This document shows positions 14,012 to 25,699 of a DNA stretch of 38,006 bases, piece by piece. Both the position numbers and the translations under genes were made by a program. The notes beneath the pieces were generated by a model that ran no database searches, was not told the origin of the DNA, and saw only the letters and a list, made by a program, of their open reading frames with translations. Numbering within the stretch: position 1 is the stretch's first letter; the number at the start of each line of letters is the position of its first letter. The DNA is from Ginkgo biloba (Eukaryota; Plantae; Ginkgophyta). The stretch is from NCBI GenBank assembly GCA_024626585.2, contig JANKJI020000004.1, positions 114,761,073 to 114,799,078 on the forward strand. Reading direction: 5' to 3'.

Positions 14012-14111
14012 NNNNNNNNNNNNNNNNNNNNNNNNNNNNNNNNNNNNNNNNNNNNNNNNNNNNNNNNNNNNNNNNNNNNNNNNNNNNNNNNNNNNNNNNN
14101 NNNNNNNNNNN

Positions 14112-15607
14112 TTCCCTTTATGAAGGAAACTTCTTAGGTATCTCTTCAAACACTTTCCTATGTTTATAGATTATCTCTCCCATAATGGTGTCCATTCTAT
14201 TAGGAGTATATGTTGCAGTGATACCATAACACCTAGTAATAGTCCCACCTTCTCCCTTCTTAATCAAAATTTTCATCCTATGATAACTAATTATCTGAGT
14301 CAGTGGTATAAATAATCCCTATAATTCATACTTAGTTCCTTCAACCTTAAACTTGATAAAAAGATTTTTTAAGTTTATAGAGAATCTACCAAGTGTATTG
14401 AGCCAATAGATACCTAAAACTACATTAACTCCTCTTATAGGTATGGAATATATATTACTTGACCACTAATATTCCATTATACATAGCTTAATATTATTGC
14501 ACCTTACTCCACATGTAATGGATCCCCTATCAGTTATCATTACTTGGAATTTTTTGACCAGATATGAAAAATAGTATAAACTCTCTTCTAACTTTTTTGT
14601 CGATGAAATTATGAGTATTTTCAAATTAAATAGGACCACAATTATTTTATTCTTAATATACCCCTAAATTTTGAGTGTTTAGAGAGCAACAATATCTATA
14701 ATTGCATAAATAGAGATAGTAGTTATAACCTTCTTCTACTTCTCTCCATAGGTCTTTTGTGACTATATCCTCCTATGTTTCTTCCTCAAAAGTGTCCTTA
14801 ATAATGAATAAATATTTCTCATAGTACTTGTGACCCTTAGACCATTTACTACTACATTTGAAATAGATCCCCGTAGCTATTTTCTCCTCAATTTTCTTGG
14901 TTGTGATTGTCTGAGGAGATAGTGCTTTCCTACTATGAGTATATTTTAGATCTCTCCTAATTCTAGCATATGGTACTTACCTACTACTAATGTATTCTTG
15001 TTCTCTCCTAACCTTAATATATATACTTGCCTTCGATATATCAATAAAATTTAATTGTTAAATTCATATTTGTGGGGTTAATTATTTGTAGCTCATGAGA
15101 AATATCTTATCATAATCCTCTAATGTAGATCTTAAGTAATTTATCATCATTAAACCCTTCCATCAGTGTTTCTAATTTTTTATGTTCTTCTATGTAATCC
15201 ATGACCATTCTAGTCTATCATATCTTTGTTAGTTGACTAAAGTAGTCCTTCTCCTAAATATTACCATATTGGGCTATGATAACTATCATAAAATTTCCCC
15301 ATATGTATAGGGTTCCAATGGCCTTCTTTCGCTAAATCCATTGGCACCATTGGAATTGTTCAATTTCCATGTGCAATATTGCTAATGCTACCTTTTTATC
15401 CTTAGGCACTTGGTGTAGCATGAAGTATTATTCCAGTTGGCTTAGCCAAGTCCTTAAATCTAACCCATTAAAATTTTTAATCTACACCCTAAGGAGATAA
15501 TTCCCTTTCATTATGATCAAGTATTCAAACCTTCCTTTACCCCTAAATGCATCCTCCATTCAAGTATTCCCCTTGTTATTTGAATTTTCTCCTTTCCATA
15601 AGAAGCA
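14112..15607 (-). mobile_element. Degenerate Ty3/gypsy (chromovirus-like) gag-aspartic protease region
   Basis: Minus-strand fragments: FNGLDLRTWLSQLE*YF (gag), G.YFKCSSKWSKGHK (zinc knuckle-like), a THNFID protease motif, and GVNVVLGIYWLNTLG (RVP_2-type protease). Many stops. Confidence 0.8.
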
Positions 15608-15707
15608 NNNNNNNNNNNNNNNNNNNNNNNNNNNNNNNNNNNNNNNNNNNNNNNNNNNNNNNNNNNNNNNNNNNNNNNNNNNNNNNNNNNNNNNNNNNNN
15701 NNNNNNN

Positions 15708-16550
15708 GCATAATAATTTATTATAATAGTATATAAATATATTTAATAAATATATCTTATTTGGATAATTATGGTATGATGGTGCCTGTGTTAGACAATA
15801 TCATACCTTTTTTTTATTGATAATAAGTAAAAAAAAGGTACTATGGGGCCCACACACTATAACGCCATTTTTTTGTGAGGAAATAGAGATGTGTCATAAT
15901 GTACCATATAATTATGCCATAAAGTGTTATAAAGAACCATTGAATGATATAACCATTAAGGACTAAATGCATTAATGACACTTCAATGTGATACTCAGTG
16001 TTATTATGTGTTGCAAGACAATACCACTCTTACAACACACATGAAATAGTGCCACTTTGTAATACATTTCATAAATTAACTAAAAAATCCATGTGGCTCA
16101 ATGTGGATTCTTGATTGTAATCCATGTAGAATAATCTCTTTTCACATGTGGCACTTAGTGATATCATGGTTTATTACAATATTCTACCACTTGGCACATT
16201 CACTTTCTTCACATACTTAGTAGGGAAGTGCTTTGACACATGTTGTCACATGGCATATTATAAGGCATTATGTTTTTTTGCATTGTGACACATTATATGA
16301 TGCAAAGTGATACATATGTTTGTCACGTGTCTTTCTAATGGATAATATTTTGTTGATTTTTTTCCCATGTAGACATATTTTGTGTGACATTGAGGGATAG
16401 AATATGCCTCTTTGGATCACATTTATGGTAGTAAACTTACTGCACATATATGGCATGTGTTTACAACACTTTCATTCATTTTCACAAGCATAATTTTGTG
16501 TATCGAATGTGCCACCATTGTGCCATGTCTTTTGCTTGAATGTAGTAGTG
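15708..16550. mobile_element. Putative CACTA (En/Spm) terminus with subterminal repeats
   Basis: Ends in ...tgtagtagtg (CACTACTACA on the minus strand) at 16541-16550. It is preceded by many short gtgcca/tggca/tgtgaca-type motifs in both orientations. The other end and the TSD cannot be checked because of a gap. Confidence 0.4.
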
Positions 16551-18811
16551 GGAAGTCACTACATTCTCTTACTTTATAATTGAATGATCAAATGGTCATC
16601 CTCTTACATGGATAAGCTCATGATATTCCTTAGCCTTTCTTAGGAATTGACTCATATGAGCTCCCCTTTTAGTGCTAAGCTTCTTCTAAGAACATCATGA
16701 CCAACCTCACAATTGCACTTTGTTATTACCTTTAAGTTGACATTTGTATATAGATGGGAACCCTAATTATTTGCAATCATTTCAACATAACAACCATTAT
16801 GACTATGAGCATGTATATTATGACTATTTCTTAAAATTGTTGCACATAAATAAAAGCTTTATCTTAACTAATATAATAAATCAAATGAAATATGCATAAA
16901 TATTTATTTTCATTCACATATAGAAGAATACAAAAAAAACATGCTTATATTTGCATTGGCAACATAATGTTCATTTATTTTTATTTAAATGCGCAATCAT
17001 CTTGCAATCATGTTAATATTATTATTTTTTTGGTTAAAATGGAGCTATTTAAATTATAGTATGGAATACAAAATTTACAAATAGAGTTATGGTGGATCTT
17101 CAAAGAATAAAATTAATCTTTAGAATTCATATTTTTTGTTATACATAAAACAAAAATGAAGGAAATGAATTTATAACATCATATATATTTGAAAGTGAAT
17201 TTAAATACTTTGGTCAACATCTATCACCAAATCACATAAGGAGATCAAGAACACCCCATGGCATATAGTTGTAGTACTTTTAAATAAATGGATTATCTAA
17301 TTAGACTTAAAAGTTAAATAATTAGATCATCCCTTTGTTGATCAATGTAAGAAGTTATTTCAAGCATGTCCTAATGTCAAGGACTAGTTGTTTAGCTAAA
17401 CCTTTTGATTAAATCTTTACATGGGTATATTAGAGGTGAAGTTTATAACTCATTTAATTTTTTAATTTCCATTTGGGAGAACATATAAATATTCATTCAA
17501 TTGTATTGAATGAATGTTGATTTTAAAGTAATTTATCTAGTACTATCATTAAATATCATGACAAAAGGAAGCACAAGAGTACTCAAGGTGCCTAAAGATA
17601 TAAATAAATAATAAATAACAAAGAGCCACTTGGTCGCAAAGTCCCTTCCCTTTTTTAAGACAAGGATTTAAGGTAAGAGTAAAAGATTAGAGATAAATAG
17701 AGATTAGTGATATGCCACTAAAATAGGCATCTCAAAATATGCAAACACAATTTCCCTTTCTATGTAAAGGGTACTGATTCAATGCTTTCACCAACGTGAC
17801 CAAAGTTCAAATTTTAGGGGTGCATTTAGGAGCTCCATGTGTTGAATATATTTTTATTGGATGTAATTATTAGATCATTTCAACAACAAAAAGAAAATAC
17901 CAAAACTTTTAGTAGCCCGGTCTAGATAGGTACTAGAGCAAAGATCATCTAATTTATAAAAGCTCTAAGTGACTGAGAGGGGCAATTACTTGGGTCTTTG
18001 TTAGCCAACTTAATGGATAATGAAGGGGGACAAATTGTACAATATTGTTGCATAGAGGTTCTAGGGTAGGGAGCTTGATGGTCATACATATTGAAGAATA
18101 GTAATGGAAAATATCATATTGTGTATAGGGATGGTTAGTACTATAATTTTTTATAACCATCTTGGTAGTTTGAGGCTTGCTCCACATTGTAGTTTTGGAC
18201 AAACTTGGATTTTGCATACTTGTATCTTTTTTTAACACCCTCTTTAGTGGATGTAAATGCTACCTTTTATTTTGATTAATAAAAAATTTAGAATCGTTTT
18301 CAAAAGGACAAAAAGATAAAAACAAGAACAAAAAGAAAAGAAAGATGTCCCTTTCTACATAAAAGGTTTCAAATTTAAAAATAATTGTTGTCATGTTCAA
18401 CTTAAGTAGAAATCGAAACTGATCACACTTAAGTTCATATTGTTTTATTGTTTTCGTCGGTACAGAATTTTTTAAGGTCGTTGCGAAGATTAGTGGTAAG
18501 GGTAGACATTAATCCCTTGTAGTCACCATTTGTATGGGTGTTTATGGACATTAATCCCTATTTTAGAGTTGTAAATTTTGCATAAAAAATGCACTGCAAA
18601 AACAGAAGGCCTCAGTATTCCATCCAGAACGCTTCTTCGTGCTCTTCAATATAATTATATAATCAGCGGACTGTTTAGGGCATATGGCCGTTATTATCAT
18701 ACCACGTTGTGAGTTCTGTTCCAGAAGCAACTCTACCTGCCCATTAACTGCTCGCTGTAACAGTCATGTGACAATGAATTGCCACATAGCTCATTTCTGA
18801 ATTAAAAATGG

Positions 18812-18888
18812 AACAGAAAACGAAAATAATATGAACCTCACGTAAGATAACAGAAAACGGAAATAATATGAACCTGATCACGTTAGAT
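18812..18888. repeat. ~37-40-bp tandem duplication downstream of the PR-1-like gene
   Basis: aacagaaaacgaaaataatatgaacctcacgtaagat followed by aacagaaaacggaaataatatgaacctgatcacgttagat. Confidence 0.85.
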
Positions 18889-19520
18889 AGCATAATAAGT
18901 GGCGACGTCAAAGCCAAACTACTTTCTATAGCACATAGACTGGGTGGGCTGACTTCAAAGAAAAAACTTCTACCATATATTTAAATACAATGAAAATATT
19001 CTGCCAAATATTAAAATACAAGTGCACGAGAAGGTAAAGAAACATATCCCCAATATCCATGGAGAACGATAACGAATATACTATCTATTATATATTATTT
19101 CAATGGCTATCAACAAAGCGCAGGCCTGGAAAAACGTATTTGTCTGCATTCGCTTCATAGTGCTTAGAAGGTAGTGTAGTCTCAGATGTGTAATTCATTT
19201 GCTCACAGCACGAAGATTAACATTAGGCCAATATCACATGAAGTAGCATAGAAATGTGTACAGAATATAATATAGTGAACCATAGTACATGTATATCATC
19301 AGCGATGAACGTAGTACATGTGTAGCATTTTCCCCTTCTGCAACTAATTTGGGACAGATGCTATCGAGTAACACCTTTAAAATACATTTTGTATATATAA
19401 ACACACGGTGCTACCAGTCTCTCCATAACTCTTACGAGAATTTGCATATATTCATATATGATTTAATTAAGATTTATATCTATAATCTACATGATTTTAC
19501 AGTATTAGCAATTCATATGA

Positions 19521-20129
19521 TTAATAAGGCTTCTCTCCAATGTAATTGCCCGGGGGATCATAATTGCAGGTCATGAATACATCTCCATTATCACAGACAA
19601 CTCTAGCGCATCCCAAACGCAACGAATTCCTCCACACAATCTGAGTGTAGTGCCCGCACATTTCATCGCCATCGCAGCTGTTGGTTTCGTAAGTGTAGTA
19701 TTGTTTTTCTTCCACCCAATCATTAGCTGCGTCAAGCGGCGTCCAGTCATGGCCGCTGCCCCAGAAAATATTCTCACCATAAGGCCCATCAGAATGTATC
19801 AACTGGCAATCACTTCTTCTCTGCTCTGCCCACCATCGGGCATAGCTTTCGACCCTGTGATCCCATACCAGAGGATACTCTCCCACTTCCGCTCTTGCAT
19901 TATTCTGTGGTATCAGAAATGCCATAGCCTCATCATTATGATTATTATTGTAGCCCTTTCCGTATGGAGATCTGCCACCACCGTAGGAATCTATGCTGTG
20001 GTTTTGGCCAGCATGATTATGAAGAAGTCTGCTTGCATTGCAAATCATAAGCAAATAACAATAGACAGTACAAAAAAATACCACGATTTGTAAGCATGGT
20101 AGCTTGCTGCAAGCCTGTTTTGTTGACAT
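19521..20129 (-). CDS. PR1: Pathogenesis-related protein 1-like / CAP (SCP) superfamily secreted protein, intronless, ~202 aa
   Basis: Open frame with CAP signatures: NAR..VG..PLVWD, CQLIHSDGPYGENIFWG, MCGHYTQIVW, LGCARVVC and FMTCNYDPPGNYIGEKPY, plus six domain cysteines. The hydrophobic N-terminus (LQIVVFFCTVYCYLLMICNA) looks like a signal peptide. The ORF-track start at 20171 is a GTG; the first in-frame ATG after the TAA at 20175-20177 is at 20129 (MSTKQ). The symbol is family-level, not an orthology call. Confidence 0.95.
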   Translation of the reverse strand: MSTKQACSKLPCLQIVVFFCTVYCYLLMICNASRLLHNHAGQNHSIDSYGGGRSPYGKGYNNNHNDEAMAFLIPQNNARAEVGEYPLVWDHRVESYARWWAEQRRSDCQLIHSDGPYGENIFWGSGHDWTPLDAANDWVEEKQYYTYETNSCDGDEMCGHYTQIVWRNSLRLGCARVVCDNGDVFMTCNYDPPGNYIGEKPY

Positions 20130-20311
20130 TTTGCCTGCTATTCTCAGAGCGGTGCACGTAAAAGACTGCACACATTACATACCGAGTCGTGGCCAGTGAC
20201 AATATGGGATCAGTCCTTGTATTTGTAAGCCGAAGGATACAACCGTGGTAAATGTGCATCGACAAAAACCGCTAATCTCGTGAACCAGCTGCTTCATCTG
20301 CCCGTGAATGT

Positions 20312-21018
20312 TTGACTTGCAGGAGGGCCTACCCTGCCTGGATATCCCCAGCATATTGCAATAATATACGAGTTCACGGGTAGCAGAAACATGTACATGA
20401 GCCATTCTCTTATTCCTCTACAGTTATTTATATCTCTAAGTTTTCTCTTCTTCCAATCCCCATTGGACCTGGTATTTTGGCGCACATCATTTTATCCTAT
20501 CACGTGGAAGGATCTCCTTAGAGAAGTAAAAGCAAAACTTTTTGCCTCCGTGTGCAGATCAAAAGAGTACAAATTACTAAAATCTGGTGCAGAGAATTCG
20601 TATGAGCCTTAAAAACATAATCTACATACAAACTTTAGTCTTTTTGTCCTCTAGTATCTTAAGGTTTTCTGGTTTTTTCTTTTGTGAACCCACAGATTCA
20701 CGGAAGCGTATAACACTGACAAAGATTAAATGGCATGGACAACGAAATGGAATCAGAAAAGTCTGGTCCCCTGGAGAGATGGCCGGATTCATCCCTCTCA
20801 ACTGCTCTATGTATCGGTCGTTCAATATTTTTCAATTTTCTGATGTTCGAGTTTGAGAGATGCCACTTTATTTTGGAGTGTGAGGCCAAAAAAATTGGTA
20901 TTCACGTGCCGAAGTCCAGTGGCATGCATTGAATCTTCCATGGAGGTACCACAATCACAAGAAGTTGTGAGATTTATTATGTTGGCGTACAATTATTGTT
21001 GAGTGACTAAAGTGACGT
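20312..21018. promoter_or_regulatory. Candidate cis-elements upstream of PR-1-like gene (W-box, two G-boxes, TGACG)
   Basis: TTGACT 20312-20317, CACGTG 20501-20506 and 20903-20908, TGACGT 21013-21018. These short motifs occur by chance. Confidence 0.3.
20425..20432 (-). promoter_or_regulatory. Candidate TATA box (TATAAATA) for the PR-1-like gene
   Basis: tatttata on + reads TATAAATA on -, about 300 bp upstream of the ATG. Motif match only. Confidence 0.35.
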
Positions 21019-21739
21019 TATGTTGGGCCATTCTTTCCTTCTCATCTCATTGGTGGATGCTTTGAATGATGGACGTTTGTTGAGGATTTGTTTTAGTGGG
21101 ATTCCTTCGGACGGCCTACAATGTGATTTATTGTATATATATTGTGTACTCAACTTCATACCCTACATTAATCTTCATAATAAAATTAACATACATAATA
21201 TAATAATCTTCCCTTAGCTATGATTAGGAGACAATAAAATCATAAAATAAAATAAATCATATAACACCATGACATATAACAAACCATTTGAACCAACAAC
21301 TAACTAAAACCCTAACCAATAATACTTTTTACCATAATATTTTTGTTTCAAATATGAACATTTTAAGTTAATAACAATGACAATATATGTAGTAAGAACA
21401 ATAGGTACACAAAGTCCAAATTTATTCATTTATAATAAACCATTAATGGGTTGATTNNNNNNNNNNNNNNNNNNNNNNNNNNNNNNNNNNNNNNNNNNNN
21501 NNNNNNNNNNNNNNNNNNNNNNNNNNNNNNNNNNNNNNNNNNNNNNNNNNNNNNNNGAATATTTAAATTTTCTCTTCTTGCCACTAGACCCTAGCACATG
21601 TATGGTGTCTTCTAATTTTTTTTCCATTATCACTATCCCAAAAAATGTCACCAAAATGGTGGTTACTTTTCAACAATCATCCATAAAATGTCCAATCAAT
21701 AAATTATTAACTTATGATGGTGAGAGAGGTAGAAAACCT

Positions 21740-23000
21740 GACTCCACTAGTTGATCTAGAAGACTATAACATCTAAATATATTCTTACTATCCATTCACC
21801 TTTGCTTAATAAAATTTTCAGCCCTTCGCACAGGGCTTTCCCTTCTGCTACGTTGTTGGAGAGGATCCCAATGCTTTCCCAATAGTCTACTCTACAGAAT
21901 TGATTCAGAATTACTAAAGAAACCTCTGATATCATCTCTTCCTTTATTATTCCTCGAAGCTCCATCGAAGAACAGTAAGCATTGGGCCGGATTCAACTGA
22001 AAATGGATTTGAGAAGGAACGGATCTGCTCCCAATTGGTGTTCCCCCTACCTTCGGGACCTCCGGTGGGACTAGGCCCCAAGATCGTAACAGAATCGATT
22101 CATCCTTCGAAGGGGATTTATTTTCCTTTAATTTCAAGGCTGTTATACTCTCCCCTATTAATCTTTTGGCAATGGAAATCACCCTCTCCCTTAAATACCT
22201 TTAGGTATTGAAGATGAGACTGTTTTGCTCCATCCAGAGGGACCACAGAATGAACTTCGGGAGGGATTCCCTTAGGTTCCTCAACCACCTGTTATTTTGT
22301 CTTAGATATCCATACAGTTTCATCAGATTTTTCCAATACCCATAATTTCATAGATGTGTCCTAACTGGAGGGTCCCCCTTATACTGGATTCCTACTAGCC
22401 CTAGTGCCTCCTCCCATACCCTTTTGCTGAAGGAGCATTCGAGCAACAAACGATTCACTGATTCCTCTTGAACCTCATAAATTATGCATATAGATGGCCC
22501 ATGGAAACCCCTCCTGCAGTTGCCTACCATTAGAATTGCATTACGGTATGACAACCAATCGAAAATATTCACCTTAGGGATCCCTAGGGAGCTCCAAAGA
22601 AGCTGCCACTTTTTGTCTTGGGGTTCCACCTCGTTCCTTGATCAAGATGTTATAACCTCCTCTTTCCGAGTAGACCTTCTGCCTTGGAACGCCCACCCAG
22701 GGTAAACAATCCTCCTCTTTTAACAAGTAGGGATCTCTCTTTTCTAATGCACCTAGCAACTCTTGATAAACCTCTCAATGAAACGCAGGAAGGTCTGGGC
22801 AATCCTCCACTCCTTTCCAGGAAAAAAATGGATAATTGTCCTTTTGCGCTGTCCAAAGTGTTTTCTTTTACAAAATCTATCATCCTAGCACAGTGCCTAC
22901 TCACAAACCAATCTCTCAATGGGCCAATCCCACCTCCTTACACGAAGAATTTGTTGGAAATTAATATTATTAGGGTCACATTAAGTGAGTCACATTTATT
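21740..23000 (-). mobile_element. L1-clade LINE, ORF2 3' part (zf-RVT and RNase H), degenerate
   Basis: LWSSLGIPKVNIFDWL...GFHGPSICIIYEVQEESVNRLLLECSFSKRVW (zf-RVT), then LFFDGASRNN and SNNVAEGKALCEGL (RNase H D/E residues). Frameshifted. Confidence 0.85.
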
Positions 23001-23269
23001 NNNNNNNNNNNNNNNNNNNNNNNNNNNNNNNNNNNNNNNNNNNNNNNNNNNNNNNNNNNNNNNNNNNNNNNNNNNNNNNNNNNNNNNNNNNNNNNNNNNN
23101 CCATTCTCTATTGCACAGAGACACCGAGCACACCCACATCCCAGCACCATTTCTATTTCTTTATTTATTTTTATTATTTATTTATTGAGTTTGCATGTAG
23201 ATCTAGAAAAAGAATTGTGTTAACATTGTTTCCAGTTCTTGCAGCATTTCCAGATCTGCTTGCATTCAA

Positions 23270-23550
23270 TGACATATCAATACTGAAAAGTACATAATAA
23301 ATTCTAGAAAATATCTCAAAGAATCAAATATAAAGAAAAATATTTAGCCTAAAGTAAGTATTATTAGTATATAATTAATTAATAGTAGAGATCTATTCTT
23401 ATAAGTTCTGGTAAACAAAGAAAATTCCTGGATGTTCTTAAGACAATACAATTTTTTAGTAGTTATGGTGCATCACTAAGGAACACACTCACTAAGAATA
23501 GTGATCCATTAGGATTAAAATCTCATGATTGGCATAGTATTTTAAATTGT
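23270..23550 (+). mobile_element. CACTA TnpD-like transposase fragment
   Basis: Translation KFLDVLKTIQFFSSYGASLRNTLTKNSDPLGLKSHDWHSIL. GLKSHDWH (23512-23535) matches the conserved GLKSHD.H motif of CACTA transposases, and a GT donor-like gtatg follows. Confidence 0.7.
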
Positions 23551-25638
23551 ATGTTATTAATATAGCAAAATTAGTACTCTTATGTCTTATTTATAAAAAG
23601 TGGTAATGCATTATTAGAACTTTTTACCTTTGGATTCATATTTTTCTCTAAAGAGTATGCTCATTTATAGTATGGTTTCCACTTATATGTTTTTCATAAG
23701 AAATATTATAGCCAAGGCTTTGGACAAATTTGTAAGAGGAGCTCATCTAACTTCACATCTTTCCTCATACAAAATCATTCAATTTATTCATATCATGAAA
23801 AAGAAACCAAGAAAGATAATCTCCTAAAAGCATTTAGTCTTTTGACATAAACCAAATAGAAAAATTAAGAATAATTTTCTTAGTCATTAAAATGCATCAT
23901 TTCCCTAATTTTCCTTTGTCCTGCCCTATGTAGACTCTACTCCACTATGCCCTAAATTTTATAAGTATTCTCCCATTCTTGGGAGATTCTACTCCTTCCA
24001 TTCCCTCTTATATAATTAGAGAGGAGATAGTGGCATTAGAGGCTAAAGATAGGGAAATGGGGTGGTTTGTAAGGAAACTTCCTTTATCAACTCAATCCCT
24101 TATTTAGTTTTGCCACCCCTCTTATGTGAGAGTTCTTAAAGAAAATAAATATTAAAATAATCACATATAACCCCTTCATAATTATTAAACACATCACACC
24201 TCAAATATTAAACCCCTATGCAAAAGTTTAACATTTGACACAAATTGAATCAAATGACGATTCTAAGATGAACCATATCCATATATCTCAAATACCAAGG
24301 TTTGTTATCTAACGAATAACTTTTACCTAGGAGTCTCATATGCTACTTCTAAGTAATTAAATAATATATAATATTTATCATGTTTAATAGAATGTTTATA
24401 GTCACAAAATAATTAAAATCAAACCACATGAACCATCCTAATTCTATAGCCATGGCATATGTGTGCAATGACATTAAACCATATCACACCTTTTTGGATT
24501 GTTATTGTGGTTACCATCATAAATATTAACCTCTACTTACACCTATCCATTTATTACAATAATCGACAATTATAATATACACTTGTTGGAGAGCACAATA
24601 GAAAAAATTATAATCATTAAAGTAAACAACGACAATTATCAAAAGAAGCATACTTTCAAACTAAGGAAAAATCTTTTGAAGAGAGCAATGAACCGATCAA
24701 ACTACTTTAATACTACTAACACATCTAGCTCTATTTGTCTATGTGCATATGTTTAACATATCCATCTTTGGACATATGTCACTACACAAAATGCAACAAA
24801 AGAGCTACATTTAGTTCGTGAAAAACATAATCTATGATCACATAAAGAATGTATCAAGCAAACATATGCATGGATGCAATTCAATTATTCAACAACTACT
24901 TTGAAACTAATTAAACGAAAGTTAAGTGTGAAAGAAAACATTGAATCACAAAAGATCTACAAAATTGTGACTTAGACTTATAATGCATTTACTGAAATTA
25001 AGTGCATTGATATATCATTAAAAAACATTTACAATCCACATAATATTCATTTAATTAGAATTTCAATTTATAGAATATTCAAATTGAAGACCTCATCCTA
25101 ATCCTCTAAAGGCCACCTTGAAGTAAAATTTAAACTAAAATAAATTGAAATGAGATCACTCTCTATTTTGCATAGAATTCTAGTCACAAATTCTATTAAG
25201 CATAAATCATATTATATTCTATTAAATCTTTTAAATTTTGATGGTTTGTTAATATACCTTTGAGTACTTTAAGAAACTAATTATGCCTTACATTAATTAA
25301 TTTTACAAAAAAATAATCTCTTTAATTTATATGCAAAAAGAAGAGAGTGCATAGCAACCCTTGGCCAAACTCTTATACTCTAACATGAAAATGCATTATT
25401 TAAAAAATCTTAATTAAATATTCTCCTAAGATTTNNNNNNNNNNNNNNNNNNNNNNNNNNNNNNNNNNNNNNNNNNNNNNNNNNNNNNNNNNNNNNNNNN
25501 NNNNNNNNNNNNNNNNNNNNNNNNNNNNNNNNNNTCATTTGAGGTATGAGAAACTCTACACCATTGAAGCCTTGTGAAAAGGGCTATGGTGTGACATCGT
25601 GATCATTGTAAGTCTTGGTTGATGTTGACAGGCATACC

Positions 25639-25699
25639 TGAGAAGAATACACAGTCACAAGGTGCCCTTGAGAGGAATACATAGTCACAAGGTGCCATT
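25639..25699. repeat. 30-bp tandem duplication
   Basis: tgagaagaatacacagtcacaaggtgccct followed by tgagaggaatacatagtcacaaggtgccat. Confidence 0.85.

Noticed and set aside
17950-18290. Possible 5'-truncated LINE RNase H tail ending in an A-rich tract
   Set aside because: Too degenerate; only a vague HIVYRDG similarity.
19650-20093. 147-aa plus-strand ORF antisense to PR-1, and the 72-aa alternate-frame ORF at 19571-19789
   Set aside because: Shadow ORFs of a GC-richer coding region with no domain features.
10413-20129. P450 plus PR-1 as a defence or biosynthetic gene cluster
   Set aside because: The P450 is a short disabled fragment, and several unsized gaps separate the two.
20130-20171. 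ORF-track N-terminal 14 aa of PR-1
   Set aside because: It starts at GTG; the eukaryotic start is more plausibly the ATG at 20129.
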